From assembly GCA_024404495.1 (NCBI GenBank), contig JAKSPT010000012.1, positions 2,499 to 66,498 of the forward strand: 64,000 nucleotides of DNA, in the 5' to 3' direction. Positions within the stretch are counted from its first letter, which is position 1, and each line of letters begins with the position of its first letter. Origin of the DNA: Lachnospiraceae bacterium (GTDB taxonomy: Bacteria > Bacillota > Clostridia > Oscillospirales > CAG-272). The notes beneath the pieces were generated by a model. It did not search any database and was not told the DNA's origin. It saw only the letters and a program-made list of their open reading frames with translations. Below, piece after piece: positions 32,984 to 43,691 of the stretch. The position numbers were made by a program, and so were the translations under genes.

Positions 32984-33778
32984 TCAGGTGAGTGAATCCG
33001 ACGGAATGCGGTAGATTTCGCAGGCGTTTTTCGTCGTAAGCGCCGAAAGAAGGTCGGGATCGGTCCCCCGCGCGGCGGCGGCAGCCTTCAGCGTTTCGAT
33101 CATGTAGCCCGAGTGATTCATTTTTCCGCGGTACGGGACCGGAGCGAGATAGGGGCAGTCGGTCTCGACGAGGAGACGGTCATCCGGAACGGCACGGACC
33201 GAGTCAAGGATGCGGGAGGCGTTTTTGAAGGTAATGACCCCCGAAAACGAGATGAACCATCCGAGCTTCACCGCTTCCCGGACCGTTTCCGGCGAGCAGG
33301 AGCAGCTGTGCAGGATGCCGCGCACCTTCGGGAATGCGCGGAGCACCTCCATCGTTTTCCCGTGTGCCTCGCGGTCGTGGACGATGACCGGAAAGCCGGT
33401 CTCCTCTGCCAATGCCATCTGCGCGCGGAACCAGCGAAGCTGATGCTCCTCGTCGTAGGGCTGCCAATAGAAATCAAGTCCGATCTCCCCGATCGCCCTC
33501 ACCTTCGGATGCTTCAGCATTTCCGAAAGGACGGAAAGCGCCCCGTCGATATCGGTCATATCGGCGCAATCCTCGGGATGCACGCCGACGGCGGCGTAAA
33601 TGCCCTGCCATTTTTCGGCAAGGCCGATGCTTTCCTTCGAGGTCACGAGGTTCGTTCCGGCGTTGAGGATCGCGCGGACGGGGGTATTTTCAAAAATATC
33701 GCGCAAAAGGACGTCCCGGTCCCCCTCTTCGGAGAACCGGGCGTCGTTATAATGCGCGTGTGTGTCAAAGAGTATCAT
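32984..33778 (-). CDS. tatD: TatD-family metal-dependent hydrolase
   Basis: 264 aa. MILFDTHAHYND start, TatD motifs (GEIGLDFYW, VIVHDREAH). Confidence 0.85.
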   Translation of the reverse strand: MILFDTHAHYNDARFSEEGDRDVLLRDIFENTPVRAILNAGTNLVTSKESIGLAEKWQGIYAAVGVHPEDCADMTDIDGALSVLSEMLKHPKVRAIGEIGLDFYWQPYDEEHQLRWFRAQMALAEETGFPVIVHDREAHGKTMEVLRAFPKVRGILHSCSCSPETVREAVKLGWFISFSGVITFKNASRILDSVRAVPDDRLLVETDCPYLAPVPYRGKMNHSGYMIETLKAAAAARGTDPDLLSALTTKNACEIYRIPSDSLT

Positions 33779-35697
33779 CAGTGGATGCGGGAGCCGGGCT
33801 CTGCCGCCTCGTCGAGGAAGAGGACGCGGATGGTGCCGTCGGCGTCGGAGGAGGCGAGGATCATGCCGTTGGAATCAACGCCGCAGAGCTTCGCGGGCTT
33901 AAGGTTGCAGACGAGGGCGATCTTTTTGCCGATCAGATCCTCGGGCTTATAATACTTTGCGATGCCCGAAACGACCTGCCGTTCCTCGTAGCCGAGGTCA
34001 ACGGTCAGTTTGAGCAGCTTCTTTGCCTTCGGAACGGGCTCCGCGGTCAAAACCTTCGCACAGCGGAGCTCGACCTTGCCGAACTCCTCGATGCCGATCT
34101 CTTCTTCGGTATCCTCGGGCTTCGGGACGACCGGCTTCTTCGGCGCGGAAAGCGCTTCGAGCTTTTCGAGGGTCTCCTTCTCGTCGAGGCGGGCGAAGAG
34201 CACCTTTGCCTCGCCGATCGGTCTGCCCGAAACGAGCCTGCCGTACGCGACCTCGGTCTCCTCGGTGTTGAGCTGCTTCAGGATGTTCTCCGAGGTCTCG
34301 GGGAGGAAGGGCGCAAGCATCAGCGCGCCGAAGCGAATGGATTCGAGCAGGCGGTACATCACGGTGCCGAGACGGGCTTTGTTCGCCTCGTCCTTTGCCA
34401 GCACCCACGGCGCCGTCTCGTCGATATACTTGTTCGCGCGGCGGAAGACCGAGAACACGGTGTCGATCGCGTCGGCAACGTGGAAGGTGTCCATCTGCTC
34501 CTTCATCTTTTCCCACGCGCCCTCGCAGAATTCGCGCAGGTCGCGGTCAACGTCGTTTTCCTCGGTGCAGTCCGGAACGATGCCGCCGAAATACTTGCCG
34601 GTCATCGCGAGGGTGCGGTTGACGAGGTTGCCGAGGTTGTTCGCGAGGTCGCTGTTATAGCGGGCGACGAGGTTTTCGGGGGTGATGCTGCCGTCCTGCT
34701 GATAGGGCATTTCGGCGAGAACGTAGTTGCGGACGCCGTCCACCGTGAAGACGGAGGCGAGATCGTCTGCGTACATGACGTTTCCGCGCGATTTGCTCAT
34801 CTTGTCGACGCCCGAAAGGAGCCACGGATGGCAGAAGACCTTCTTAGGCAGCGGTTCGCCGAGCGCCATCAGAATGATCGGCCAGTAGATGACGTGGAAG
34901 CGGGCGATATCCTTGCCGATGATATGCACGTCGGCGGGCCATTCCTTCTTATACAGATCGGAGGTGCCCTCGGTATCGTAGCCGACGCCGGTGATATAGT
35001 TGGAAAGCGCGTCGATCCAGACGTAGATGACGTGCTTGTCGTCAAAGGTCACGGGTACGCCCCATTTGAAGGAGGTGCGGGAGACGCAGAGGTCCTGCAG
35101 ACCGGGCTTTAAGAAGTTGTTGACCATTTCCTTGCGGCGCTGATCGGGCTCGATGAAGCCGGGATGGTCCTCGATATACTGCATCAGGCGGTCGGCGTAT
35201 TTGCTCATTTTGAAGAAATACGCTTCCTCGTGCATTCTCTGCACCGGTCTGCCGCAGTCGGGACACTTGCCGTCCACGACCTGCGTCTCGGTGAAGAAGC
35301 TTTCGCAGGGCTCGCAGTACCAGCCCTCGTACTCGCTCTTATAGATATCGCCCTGATCGTAGAGCTTTTTGAAGATGTGCTGAACCGCTTTTTCGTGGTA
35401 GTCGTCGGTGGTGCGGATGAACTTGTCGTATTTGCAGCTCATGCAGTCCCAGATGCCGCGGATCGTTCCGGCAACGCGGTCAACGTATTCCTTGGGCGCG
35501 ATGCCCTCTTCCTTCGCGATATTTTCGATCTTCTGTCCGTGCTCGTCGGTGCCGGTCATGAAGTACACGTCGTAGCCGCGCATCTTCTTATAGCGGGCGA
35601 TGGCGTCGGTCAGAATGATCTCGTATGTATTGCCGATATGCGGCTTGCGGGACGCATAGGCAATGGCGGTCGTGATATAGAATTTTTCTTTTTCCAT
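33778..35697 (-). CDS. metG: Methionyl-tRNA synthetase with C-terminal tRNA-binding domain
   Basis: 639 aa. HIGN (HIGH) and KMSKS motifs, CPDCG zinc knuckle. Confidence 0.9.
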   Translation of the reverse strand: MEKEKFYITTAIAYASRKPHIGNTYEIILTDAIARYKKMRGYDVYFMTGTDEHGQKIENIAKEEGIAPKEYVDRVAGTIRGIWDCMSCKYDKFIRTTDDYHEKAVQHIFKKLYDQGDIYKSEYEGWYCEPCESFFTETQVVDGKCPDCGRPVQRMHEEAYFFKMSKYADRLMQYIEDHPGFIEPDQRRKEMVNNFLKPGLQDLCVSRTSFKWGVPVTFDDKHVIYVWIDALSNYITGVGYDTEGTSDLYKKEWPADVHIIGKDIARFHVIYWPIILMALGEPLPKKVFCHPWLLSGVDKMSKSRGNVMYADDLASVFTVDGVRNYVLAEMPYQQDGSITPENLVARYNSDLANNLGNLVNRTLAMTGKYFGGIVPDCTEENDVDRDLREFCEGAWEKMKEQMDTFHVADAIDTVFSVFRRANKYIDETAPWVLAKDEANKARLGTVMYRLLESIRFGALMLAPFLPETSENILKQLNTEETEVAYGRLVSGRPIGEAKVLFARLDEKETLEKLEALSAPKKPVVPKPEDTEEEIGIEEFGKVELRCAKVLTAEPVPKAKKLLKLTVDLGYEERQVVSGIAKYYKPEDLIGKKIALVCNLKPAKLCGVDSNGMILASSDADGTIRVLFLDEAAEPGSRIH

Positions 35698-36380
35698 TAT
35701 GTCGAATCTCCTTCTATCTGAATCTCCACGGGGGAGACCGAAGTCGTTTTGATACCTGCAAGGGAAAGCGGGTACAGCGGGGAAAACAGGATGAACAGCA
35801 GCGGGAACGGGTAAAGCACCGCCCAGAGGGTCAGATGCAGGACGCTTTTTCCGATAACGGCAAACGCCGCGGAGCGGGTATCGGCGCCGAGCAGCACCGC
35901 GATGCCGGAAGCGAAGAGAAAAAAGGTGAAAACCGTTCCGAGCAGCGCGAAAACGAAGAGGATCGCCGCCGTTTTTCCGGTATAAAGACCGGCAAGCGTG
36001 AAAAGCAGCCTTGCCGACGTATAGCAGACCGCGCCGAGAAAGGCGAGGGGAAGCCCGTCAAGCACGGCGTCCGACCAACGCTCAAACGAGGAGAATCCGG
36101 AAAGCAGAAGCGTGATATCGCTCTTTCCGTCCGGTCCGCGCCCGGCAAAATAACGCATCCCGCCCGTAAACAGCGGCGGCAGGAACAGAAACGCGGTCAG
36201 CGCCGTAAGCCCGGACCCGATAACGTCCCCCGGAGCCGGAAGACGGAACAGATCGGCAAGCAGCGACGGTACCGAAAGCGAAAAGCGCAGAACGAGGCGG
36301 AAGAATACGCCCCACAGAATCATCCCGAAAAGGTTTTTGCGGACGAAAGCAAATCCGCCGGAACCAAATTTCACGGTCAT
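35697..36380 (-). CDS. Hypothetical polytopic membrane protein
   Basis: 227 aa, about 5-6 hydrophobic segments, 1-nt overlap with metG. The start is uncertain because the SD abuts the ATG. Confidence 0.55.
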   Translation of the reverse strand: MTVKFGSGGFAFVRKNLFGMILWGVFFRLVLRFSLSVPSLLADLFRLPAPGDVIGSGLTALTAFLFLPPLFTGGMRYFAGRGPDGKSDITLLLSGFSSFERWSDAVLDGLPLAFLGAVCYTSARLLFTLAGLYTGKTAAILFVFALLGTVFTFFLFASGIAVLLGADTRSAAFAVIGKSVLHLTLWAVLYPFPLLFILFSPLYPLSLAGIKTTSVSPVEIQIEGDST

Positions 36381-36420
36381 CCCTCCCTTGATAAGAAAAG
36401 GATTCCCGCTTTTCAGAATT

Positions 36421-37512
36421 TTATTCGGCGGTTACGACGGCGACGATCCGGCTGAAATCGGGCGAAAGAACGAGGAAATCCGCCTTCTTTCCGATCGCAA
36501 GCGAACCGACGGTATCTTCGATGCCCATGCAGCGGGCGGGGTTGACGGTCGCCGCCGGGAGCGCCGCCGCAAAGGGGGTACCGGTAAAGGAAACGTAATT
36601 GTTTAACCCGTCAAACAGGTCCAGCGTGCTTCCCGCGATCGCGCCGTCGGTCGTATAGGCGTGACCGCCGCGCACGACGACGTCGTTTCCGGCGATCGCG
36701 TAGGTTCCGTCCGGGCATCCGGTTCCCGACATCGAATCGGTGATGAGGATCACCTTTTCCGGCTTTTTCACTTTTGAAACGAGCTTCACGGCACCGGGGT
36801 GCAGATGGAAGCCGTCTGCGATCAGCTCGGCATAGGCGTCCGAAAGAAGCGCGGCGCCGAGCGTGCCCGGCTCGCGGTGATGAAGCCCGCGCATCGCGTT
36901 ATAGGTATGGGTAAAGCTGACGGCACCCGCATTCAGCGCCTCGTTCGCCTCGTCGTAGGCGGCGTCGGTATGACCGATCCCGACCGTGATCCCGCGCTTC
37001 ACCGCTTCGCGGATAAAGTCCGGTGCGCCCTCAAGCTCGGGAGCGAGGGTGATATGGACCGCGATGCCGTCGGCGGCTTCGGCGATCCGTTCAAGCTCTT
37101 CTTCCGTCGGGAGCGCGAGGAGCGAGGCGTGATGCGCGCCGCGGTGCTTCGGGGAAAGGTATCTTCCCTCGAAATGGACGCCGGGAAAGCCGGCTGCCTT
37201 CACGCGGCGGATCGCTTCGAGCATTTCCGAAAAGGGAGCGGAGGCGATCGCGGGGATGACCGTCGTGGTGCCGACCGCCGCGTAGAGCGCCTTCATTTTT
37301 TTCATTTCCTCCACGGTCGCGGAGGCGAAATCAAAGCCGCCCCTGCCGTGGGTGTGCATATCGACCAGCCCCGGGATCACCGGGCAGCCGTGAAGATCGA
37401 CCGCGTCCGGCGTTTCCTCGTATCCCGCGATCACGCCGTTTTCGGTGCGGAGCGCGCCGGGGACGAAGGAAGCGGAGGCGGTATCGTAAAGCAGCGCGTT
37501 TCTGACGTTCAT
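36421..37512 (-). CDS. nagA: N-acetylglucosamine-6-phosphate deacetylase
   Basis: 363 aa. Amidohydrolase HTHG motif (VDMHTHGRGGFDF), HTDA, THTYNAM. Confidence 0.8.
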   Translation of the reverse strand: MNVRNALLYDTASASFVPGALRTENGVIAGYEETPDAVDLHGCPVIPGLVDMHTHGRGGFDFASATVEEMKKMKALYAAVGTTTVIPAIASAPFSEMLEAIRRVKAAGFPGVHFEGRYLSPKHRGAHHASLLALPTEEELERIAEAADGIAVHITLAPELEGAPDFIREAVKRGITVGIGHTDAAYDEANEALNAGAVSFTHTYNAMRGLHHREPGTLGAALLSDAYAELIADGFHLHPGAVKLVSKVKKPEKVILITDSMSGTGCPDGTYAIAGNDVVVRGGHAYTTDGAIAGSTLDLFDGLNNYVSFTGTPFAAALPAATVNPARCMGIEDTVGSLAIGKKADFLVLSPDFSRIVAVVTAE

Positions 37513-37534
37513 TTTTGATTCCCGTCTTTCGGTT

Positions 37535-38326
37535 TCAGTCGTTTGCTTTTGCGTAGTATTTGCAGGCGTATTCGATCAGCTCGGCGACGGCGCCCTTCGT
37601 GTGGTCACAGAAGACGCGGTCGGCGGCGGCTCTGATCTCTGGGAGCGCGTTTGCGGGGGCGGCTGCAAAATCCGCCTCCTCGAGAAGCCCGAGGTCGTTT
37701 TCAAAATCGCCTATGCCGAAGGTCATCACGTCCCTGCCCTGCGCGGCGAAATACTCCTTCAGCTTGCGGAGCATCACGCCCTTGCCCGATTCCTTCGGCA
37801 GGATCTCACACAGATTCCAGCCGGAGCGGGAGATCTGCAGGATATCGCCGTACTTTGCACGGAGCTCGTCGCGGATCTTCAGGATCGTTTCGGGGTCGGA
37901 ATGGAAGACGACCTTATGCCAGACCTCGTCGGTCACCTTCCGGGGGTCGACCGAGGTATGGCGGTAATAATCCTCGCCGGTATAGATGAACCAGATCGGC
38001 GGACGGTATTTGTCCACGATCTCCGCCGTGATCGGGCGGACCAGCTCGCCGGGATAGGAAAAATCGACGAGCACCTTTTTGGCTTTCGGGTCGTACAGAT
38101 TCACGCCGTTGCACATCACCGCGGGCGCGGTGAGCAGATCGCAGAAGCCGGGAATCAGTTCCTTTTCGACGACGGTATGGACTCTTCCGGTCGCGAAGCT
38201 GAAAAGCCCGCCGTGCGCCTCGAATTCTTCGAGCGCTTTCATATTCCTTTCGACGATCGAGGCGTCCTTCCCGAAGAAGGTACCGTCGAGGTCGGTCATG
38301 ATCAGCAGATTGCCGTAATCCTTCAT
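37535..38326 (-). CDS. Cof-type HAD-IIB phosphatase
   Basis: 263 aa. TDLDGTF motif I, GDFENDL motif IV. Confidence 0.75.
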   Translation of the reverse strand: MKDYGNLLIMTDLDGTFFGKDASIVERNMKALEEFEAHGGLFSFATGRVHTVVEKELIPGFCDLLTAPAVMCNGVNLYDPKAKKVLVDFSYPGELVRPITAEIVDKYRPPIWFIYTGEDYYRHTSVDPRKVTDEVWHKVVFHSDPETILKIRDELRAKYGDILQISRSGWNLCEILPKESGKGVMLRKLKEYFAAQGRDVMTFGIGDFENDLGLLEEADFAAAPANALPEIRAAADRVFCDHTKGAVAELIEYACKYYAKAND

Positions 38327-38332
38327 AGTCCC

Positions 38333-39259
38333 TTATTCCTTTTCCGTCCTGCGGCGGTAATCGTCGAGCACCGTCTGAAAATACGGCGGAAGCTCACTTT
38401 CGATATGAACGTATTCACCGGTCACGGGATGCACGAACGAGATCGACTGCGCGTGGAGGCATTGTCCCGAAAGGAGCTCCGCGAGGCGCTGTTCGTCCTT
38501 CGTGTGCCCGCCGCCGTAGACCGTGTCCCCGAGCAGCGGGTGCCCGAGGTGCGCCATGTGGACGCGGATCTGATGCGTTCTCCCGGTCTCAAGACGGCAT
38601 TCGATATAGGTCGCGCCCTTCAGCCGTTCGAGCACGCGGAAATGCGTCACCGCGTTCCTGCCGTCCGACACCACCGCCATTTTCTTGCGGTCGGTGCGGC
38701 TCCTGCCGATCGGGGCGTCCACCGTTCCTTCGTTCTCCCGGATGGTTCCGTTGACGATCGCGCGGTAGCACCTTTCAAAGCGGTGCGAGGAGATCTGTTC
38801 CGCGAGCGATTCGTGGGCGCGGTCGTTCTTCGCGACGATGAGCAGCCCGCTCGTGTCCTTGTCGATCCGGTGTACGATCCCGGGACGGATCACGCCGTTG
38901 ATCCCCGAGAGCCTTGCGCCGCAGTGAAACATCAGGGCGTTGACGAGCGTCCCGTCGGGATTGCCCGGCGCGGGATGGACGACCATTCCCTTTTCCTTGT
39001 TCACAACGATCACGTCGTCGTCTTCGTACACGATCGTGATCGGAATATCCTGCGGCTCGGCGGAAAGGAATTCGGGTTCGGGCGGATCGGTTTCGACCGT
39101 GTCACCCTCGCGGAGGCAGTAGTTTTTCGCCGCAGCCCTTCCGTTTACCGTGACGCAGCCGTCTTTGATCCATTTTTGAGAAGCGGAACGCGTGATTTCC
39201 TCGCGTTCCGCTACGTACATATCCAATCTTTTTCCGATATCTTCCCGTTCAATGGGCAT
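38333..39259 (-). CDS. rluD: RluA-family 23S rRNA pseudouridine synthase (RluD-like) with S4 domain
   Basis: 308 aa. HRIDKDTSGLL catalytic Asp motif. Confidence 0.85.
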   Translation of the reverse strand: MPIEREDIGKRLDMYVAEREEITRSASQKWIKDGCVTVNGRAAAKNYCLREGDTVETDPPEPEFLSAEPQDIPITIVYEDDDVIVVNKEKGMVVHPAPGNPDGTLVNALMFHCGARLSGINGVIRPGIVHRIDKDTSGLLIVAKNDRAHESLAEQISSHRFERCYRAIVNGTIRENEGTVDAPIGRSRTDRKKMAVVSDGRNAVTHFRVLERLKGATYIECRLETGRTHQIRVHMAHLGHPLLGDTVYGGGHTKDEQRLAELLSGQCLHAQSISFVHPVTGEYVHIESELPPYFQTVLDDYRRRTEKE

Positions 39260-39749
39260 CGGTCATTTCATCCTTTTTGCTTGTTTCGGTTTTGTCCGGT
39301 TCCTTATAGAGGAAGAGAACGTAGATGCAGAGGATCGCCGCGCCGATGCAGACGAAGGAATCGGCGACGTTGAAGACCGCGAAGTCGATGATCTTGACGT
39401 AGATCATATCGACGACGTAGCCCCGCGCGATCCGGTCGATCTGATTGCCGATTCCGCCCCCGATGATCATCGCGATCCCGGAAGCAAGAAAGGGGTGGAT
39501 CGTCTTCCGCTTCAGAATCAGATACGCGAGCATCGCGAGAACGACGACGGTCGTCAGCACGAGGAAGAGCCAGCGCTGATTCTTCAGCATTCCGAAGGCG
39601 GCTCCGGTGTTCTCCACGTAATCGAGGTGAAGCCAGCCCTCGATCAGCGGGACGTCGCCGACCGGCTTTAATTTCAGGACGGTCAGATATTTCGTCCACT
39701 GATCGAGACCGACGACGGCGGCGGCGACCGCCAGCCAGACAAAGATCAT
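39249..39749 (-). CDS. lspA: Lipoprotein signal peptidase II
   Basis: Start MIFVWLAVAAAVV overlaps the ileS stop as ATGA (track start 39773 rejected). NTGAAFG and FNVAD motifs. Confidence 0.85.
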   Translation of the reverse strand: MIFVWLAVAAAVVGLDQWTKYLTVLKLKPVGDVPLIEGWLHLDYVENTGAAFGMLKNQRWLFLVLTTVVVLAMLAYLILKRKTIHPFLASGIAMIIGGGIGNQIDRIARGYVVDMIYVKIIDFAVFNVADSFVCIGAAILCIYVLFLYKEPDKTETSKKDEMTDAH

Positions 39750-42514
39750 GCGAGTCCGAGGATCCGGCTGCACTTGACGCAGAGGAAGTCCTCGCCCTCA
39801 CCGACGCCCTTCTTCACGTACGTCCAGCATCTGCCGCAGCGGCAGCCCTCTGCGGGAAGCACGGTGATCTCTTCCTTCTCGCCCTTTTCGACCTCGACCT
39901 GCGAGACGATGAAGACGGTGGGAAGCTGATCGGCGAGCGCCATATAGGTTTCGTATTTCTCCGCGTCCGCGGTGACGATCATGACCTTGGCGTCGAGGGA
40001 CTTGCCGATCTTCTTGTCGGCACGGGCGTCCTCGAGCACCTTCATCACGTCGTCACGGAGAGCAAAGAGATGGTCGTATTTTGCGGCGATCTCTCCCGCC
40101 TCGTATTTCGCGTCGTAACGCGGCATATCGTTCAGCAGAACGCTTTCGCGGTTTTCGGCGGCGGAATGAGGCATTGCCTCCCAGATCTCCTCGGCGGTAT
40201 GCGCAAGCATCGGCGCGAGCAGGCGGGTCAGCGCGGAAAGAACGAGATACATCGCCGTCTGTGCGGAACGGCGCTCGAAGGAGTCCGCCTTTTCGGTATA
40301 GAGACGGTCCTTCGTGATGTCGATATAGAGTTTGGAAAGCTCGGTGGTGCAGAAGTTCCCGATCTCGTGATAGACGATGTGGAACTCGTAGCTGTCGTAA
40401 GCGTCGGTGCAGGTCTTCACGAGGCGGTTCATCGCGTCGAGGACCCAGCGGTCGATCTCAACGAGCTTTTCAACCGGGACCGAATCGCGGTCGGGATCGA
40501 AATCGTAGAGGTCAGCCATCAGGATACGGGCGGTGTTGCGGAGCTTGCGGTAACCGTCCGAAAGCTGCTTGAAGATCAGGTCGGAGGCACGGACGTCAAC
40601 GCGGTAATCGGAGGAGGCGACCCACAGACGGACGAGGTCGGAGCCGTACTTGACGATCATTTCCTCGGGCGCGATCGAGTTGCCGAGCGATTTGTGCATT
40701 GCCTTGCCCTCGCCGTCAACGACCCAGCCGTGGGTCAGGACCTGACGGTAGGGAGCGCCCTGCCCCTTCGCGCCGACGGCGGTCAGAAGCGAGGACTGGA
40801 ACCAGCCGCGGTACTGGTCGGCACCCTCGAGATAAAGGTCTGCGGGCCAGGTCATACCGGGACGGTTTTCGAGAACGTTGAAATGAGAGGAGCCGGAGTC
40901 AAACCAGCCGTCGAGGGTGTTCGTTTCCTTGGTGAAGTGCTTTCCGCCGCAGAACGGGCAGGCATAATCCTTCGGGAGAAGGTTCTCCGCCTCTTCCTCG
41001 TACCACACGTTCGAGCCCTTCTCGCCGAACAGCTCGGAAACGCGGGTGATCGTATCGTCGTTGCAGATCGGCTTGCCGCAGTCCGCGCAGTAGAAGACCG
41101 GGATCGGCAGACCCCAATGACGCTGACGGGAAATGCACCAATCGGCACGCTCGCGCACCATGCTCGCGATGCGGTCGCCGCCCCACGCGGGGATCCAGTC
41201 GACGCTCTCGCACGCCTTGACCGCTTCTTCCTTGAACGCCTCGACCGAGCAGAACCACTGCGGGGTGGCGCGGAAGATGATCGGGCTCTTGCATCTCCAG
41301 CAGTGCGGATAGGAGTGGGTGATCTTTTCGGAAGCGAACAGCGCGCCGCTTTCCTTCATATCGTCAAGGATCGCCTTGTTGGAATCCTCGTAGAACATCC
41401 CGGCGTACTGGCCGGCGTCCGCGGTCTGATAGCCGCGGTCGTCGACCGGGACGACGATATCCATCTTATACTTTTTGCAGATCACGTAGTCGTCGGCACC
41501 GAAGCCGGGAGCGGTATGAACGCAGCCGGTACCGCTGTCCATCGTAACGTATTCCGCGTTGAGCAGCACGCTTTCCCGGTCAAGGAAGGGGTGCTGTGCC
41601 TTCATATACTCGAATTCGGAGCCGGGCATCGTGGCGAGGATCTCGTAGTTTTCGATGCCGCCCGCCTTCATCGTCTTTTCGGCAAGCGCCTCGGCGACGA
41701 TATAGCGTTCGCCGTTCTCCGCCTGAATGACGGCGTAGAGCTCTCTCGGATGGACCGCGATCGCGAGGTTGCCCGGAAGGGTCCAGGTCGTGGTCGTCCA
41801 GATGATGAAATAGGTCTTGTTCAGATCGCCGAACTTTGCGAGTTTTCCGCCGAGGTCGTCCTTCACGGCGAACTTGACGAAGATCGAGGTGCAGGGGATA
41901 TCCTTGTATTCGATCTCAGCCTCCGCCAGCGCGGTCTCGTCCTTCGGGCACCAGTAAACGGGCTTCAGACCCTTATAGATGTAGCCCTTGCGGAACATCT
42001 CGCCGAAGACCTTCACCTCTCTCGCCTCGAAGGAGGGACGCATCGTGAGGTAGGGATTGTCCCAGTCGCCGACGACGCCGAGCCGCTTGAACTGCCCCAT
42101 CTGGATATCGACGTAGTTCTGCGCGAACTTATGGCAGGCGGTACGGAATTCCGGGATGGTCATCTTTCTGCGGTCGAGCTTGGACTGCTTGATGATCGCG
42201 CTCTCGATCGGCATACCGTGATTGTCCCAGCCGGGAACGTAGGGTGCGTAATAGCCCGACATGGACTTATACTTGACGATGAAATCCTTCAGGATCTTGT
42301 TCATCGCGGTGCCCATGTGGATGTTGCCGTTCGAGAAGGGAGGACCGTCGTGAAGGATGAAGGAGGGCTTGCCCTCGTTGCGCTTCAGCATTTTATGATA
42401 GAGGTCGATCTCCTCCAGTCTCTTCAGCGTCTCGGGCTCTCTCTGGGGGAGGTTTCCTCTCATCGGGAAATCGGTTTTCGGAAGGTTCAATGATGCGGAA
42501 TAATCCTTAGCCAT
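39746..42514 (-). CDS. ileS: Isoleucyl-tRNA synthetase
   Basis: 922 aa. PFSNGNIHMG (HIGH), KMHKSLGN (KMSKS), C-terminal Cys clusters. Confidence 0.9.
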   Translation of the reverse strand: MAKDYSASLNLPKTDFPMRGNLPQREPETLKRLEEIDLYHKMLKRNEGKPSFILHDGPPFSNGNIHMGTAMNKILKDFIVKYKSMSGYYAPYVPGWDNHGMPIESAIIKQSKLDRRKMTIPEFRTACHKFAQNYVDIQMGQFKRLGVVGDWDNPYLTMRPSFEAREVKVFGEMFRKGYIYKGLKPVYWCPKDETALAEAEIEYKDIPCTSIFVKFAVKDDLGGKLAKFGDLNKTYFIIWTTTTWTLPGNLAIAVHPRELYAVIQAENGERYIVAEALAEKTMKAGGIENYEILATMPGSEFEYMKAQHPFLDRESVLLNAEYVTMDSGTGCVHTAPGFGADDYVICKKYKMDIVVPVDDRGYQTADAGQYAGMFYEDSNKAILDDMKESGALFASEKITHSYPHCWRCKSPIIFRATPQWFCSVEAFKEEAVKACESVDWIPAWGGDRIASMVRERADWCISRQRHWGLPIPVFYCADCGKPICNDDTITRVSELFGEKGSNVWYEEEAENLLPKDYACPFCGGKHFTKETNTLDGWFDSGSSHFNVLENRPGMTWPADLYLEGADQYRGWFQSSLLTAVGAKGQGAPYRQVLTHGWVVDGEGKAMHKSLGNSIAPEEMIVKYGSDLVRLWVASSDYRVDVRASDLIFKQLSDGYRKLRNTARILMADLYDFDPDRDSVPVEKLVEIDRWVLDAMNRLVKTCTDAYDSYEFHIVYHEIGNFCTTELSKLYIDITKDRLYTEKADSFERRSAQTAMYLVLSALTRLLAPMLAHTAEEIWEAMPHSAAENRESVLLNDMPRYDAKYEAGEIAAKYDHLFALRDDVMKVLEDARADKKIGKSLDAKVMIVTADAEKYETYMALADQLPTVFIVSQVEVEKGEKEEITVLPAEGCRCGRCWTYVKKGVGEGEDFLCVKCSRILGLA

Positions 42515-42562
42515 AGTCGTAATCTGCCATTCCTTTTCTGTATATTCTGTATGACGTATCGT

Positions 42563-43279
42563 TTAGTTTTCATCAGCCGGAGCGGGAGCCGCTTCCGGTT
42601 CGTTTTCGGGTTCCTCCGCGGAAAGCGGAACGAGCCCGATGAGCTCGGGGGGAAGCTCGACCGTGCCGTCGTCCTTCGCGCGGATCACGGGCGCGGGGAT
42701 CTCTTCGGCTTCCGCAGCCTGAAGTTCCTCTGCCGCCTCGTTTTCCATCTCCTCGGAAATACGGGTCACGTCGGTCTTGATCGAGGCGACGATCGAACGG
42801 ATGTATTCGTCGTCCGGGATATCGTCTCCCTCGGGCGTATCGGTAAGCTCCTCGATCCTCGCGATCTGCTCGCCGTACTGGCTGACGAGCATCGCCTTGA
42901 AGGAACGGGACGCCTCCTGCAGCTTCGTCAGCGTTTCCTTTTCCTGCACGATCCTTTCGTGGAACTCGGAGAGGATCCGGTCGCAGTTCGTTTTCGCGGA
43001 GCGGAGAACGATCTCGGAGCGGTTGTTGGCATCGCGTGTGATCTTGGCGCCCGCCTTCTTGGCGTTCACGAGCGCGGTGCGTATCGCTTCCTCGTCGCCG
43101 CGGAATTTATCCAGCTCGGCGAGCGCGGTGCGGTACTTTCTTTCCAGCTCGTCGTTCTCACGGTAAAGCTCGGTATATTGGGCGATCAGAAACTCGATAT
43201 GCTCGTCGACTTCCGTCGTCGTATAACCGCGTATGGCGCGGGTAAAGGTCTTGTTTTTCAGTTCGTGGGGAGGCAGCAT
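42563..43279 (-). CDS. divIVA: DivIVA-domain cell-division protein
   Basis: 238 aa. HELKNKTFTRAIRGYTTTEVDEHIEFL, the DivIVA N-terminal signature, then a coiled coil and an acidic tail. Confidence 0.8.
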   Translation of the reverse strand: MLPPHELKNKTFTRAIRGYTTTEVDEHIEFLIAQYTELYRENDELERKYRTALAELDKFRGDEEAIRTALVNAKKAGAKITRDANNRSEIVLRSAKTNCDRILSEFHERIVQEKETLTKLQEASRSFKAMLVSQYGEQIARIEELTDTPEGDDIPDDEYIRSIVASIKTDVTRISEEMENEAAEELQAAEAEEIPAPVIRAKDDGTVELPPELIGLVPLSAEEPENEPEAAPAPADEN

Positions 43280-43304
43280 AATTATTCTCCTTCAGATGCT
43301 TGAT

Positions 43305-43637
43305 TCACAGAACGACCGGCGGGATGAGGCTCGAAGCGATCATGACCGCGGTCGCGGCAAACAAAAACGCCATGTCGATCGGCATCGCGCTGAGCGTGGA
43401 GGATCGGGACACGAGAATGCGGAAGGGCAGGATCACGGGCTCCGTGATCGCCCAGATGAAGTTGACCGCCGCGCTGTCCGGCGGATCTCCCATCGTGGCG
43501 AAGGTGATGACCGCGCGGCAAAGCAGCCCGAGGTCGATCACGTAAAGCGCAAGCCGTACCGTCGCGGTAAAAACGAATAATAACGTCTGCAAAAAATCCA
43601 CCCGCTCCTTTTTCGGCACTTTTGCCGGAAACGCCAA
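43305..43637 (-). CDS. yggT: YggT-family membrane protein
   Basis: YggT pattern (ITEPVILPFR). The track start is a TTG at 43637. A GTG at 43598 after AAGGAG is an alternative, so the 5' end is uncertain. Confidence 0.7.
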   Translation of the reverse strand: MAFPAKVPKKERVDFLQTLLFVFTATVRLALYVIDLGLLCRAVITFATMGDPPDSAAVNFIWAITEPVILPFRILVSRSSTLSAMPIDMAFLFAATAVMIASSLIPPVVL

Positions 43638-43691
43638 AAAGCCGCAGATAGGTTTCTTTTCAAAAACCCCTCGGCTTTTCCGCTTGGATCG

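Noticed and set aside
42515-42562. Searched for T-box leaders upstream of ileS and metG (35698 onward)
   Set aside because: The spacers are 48 nt and 0 nt respectively. No GGUGGNACCGC element was seen, and both genes appear to be co-transcribed with upstream genes.
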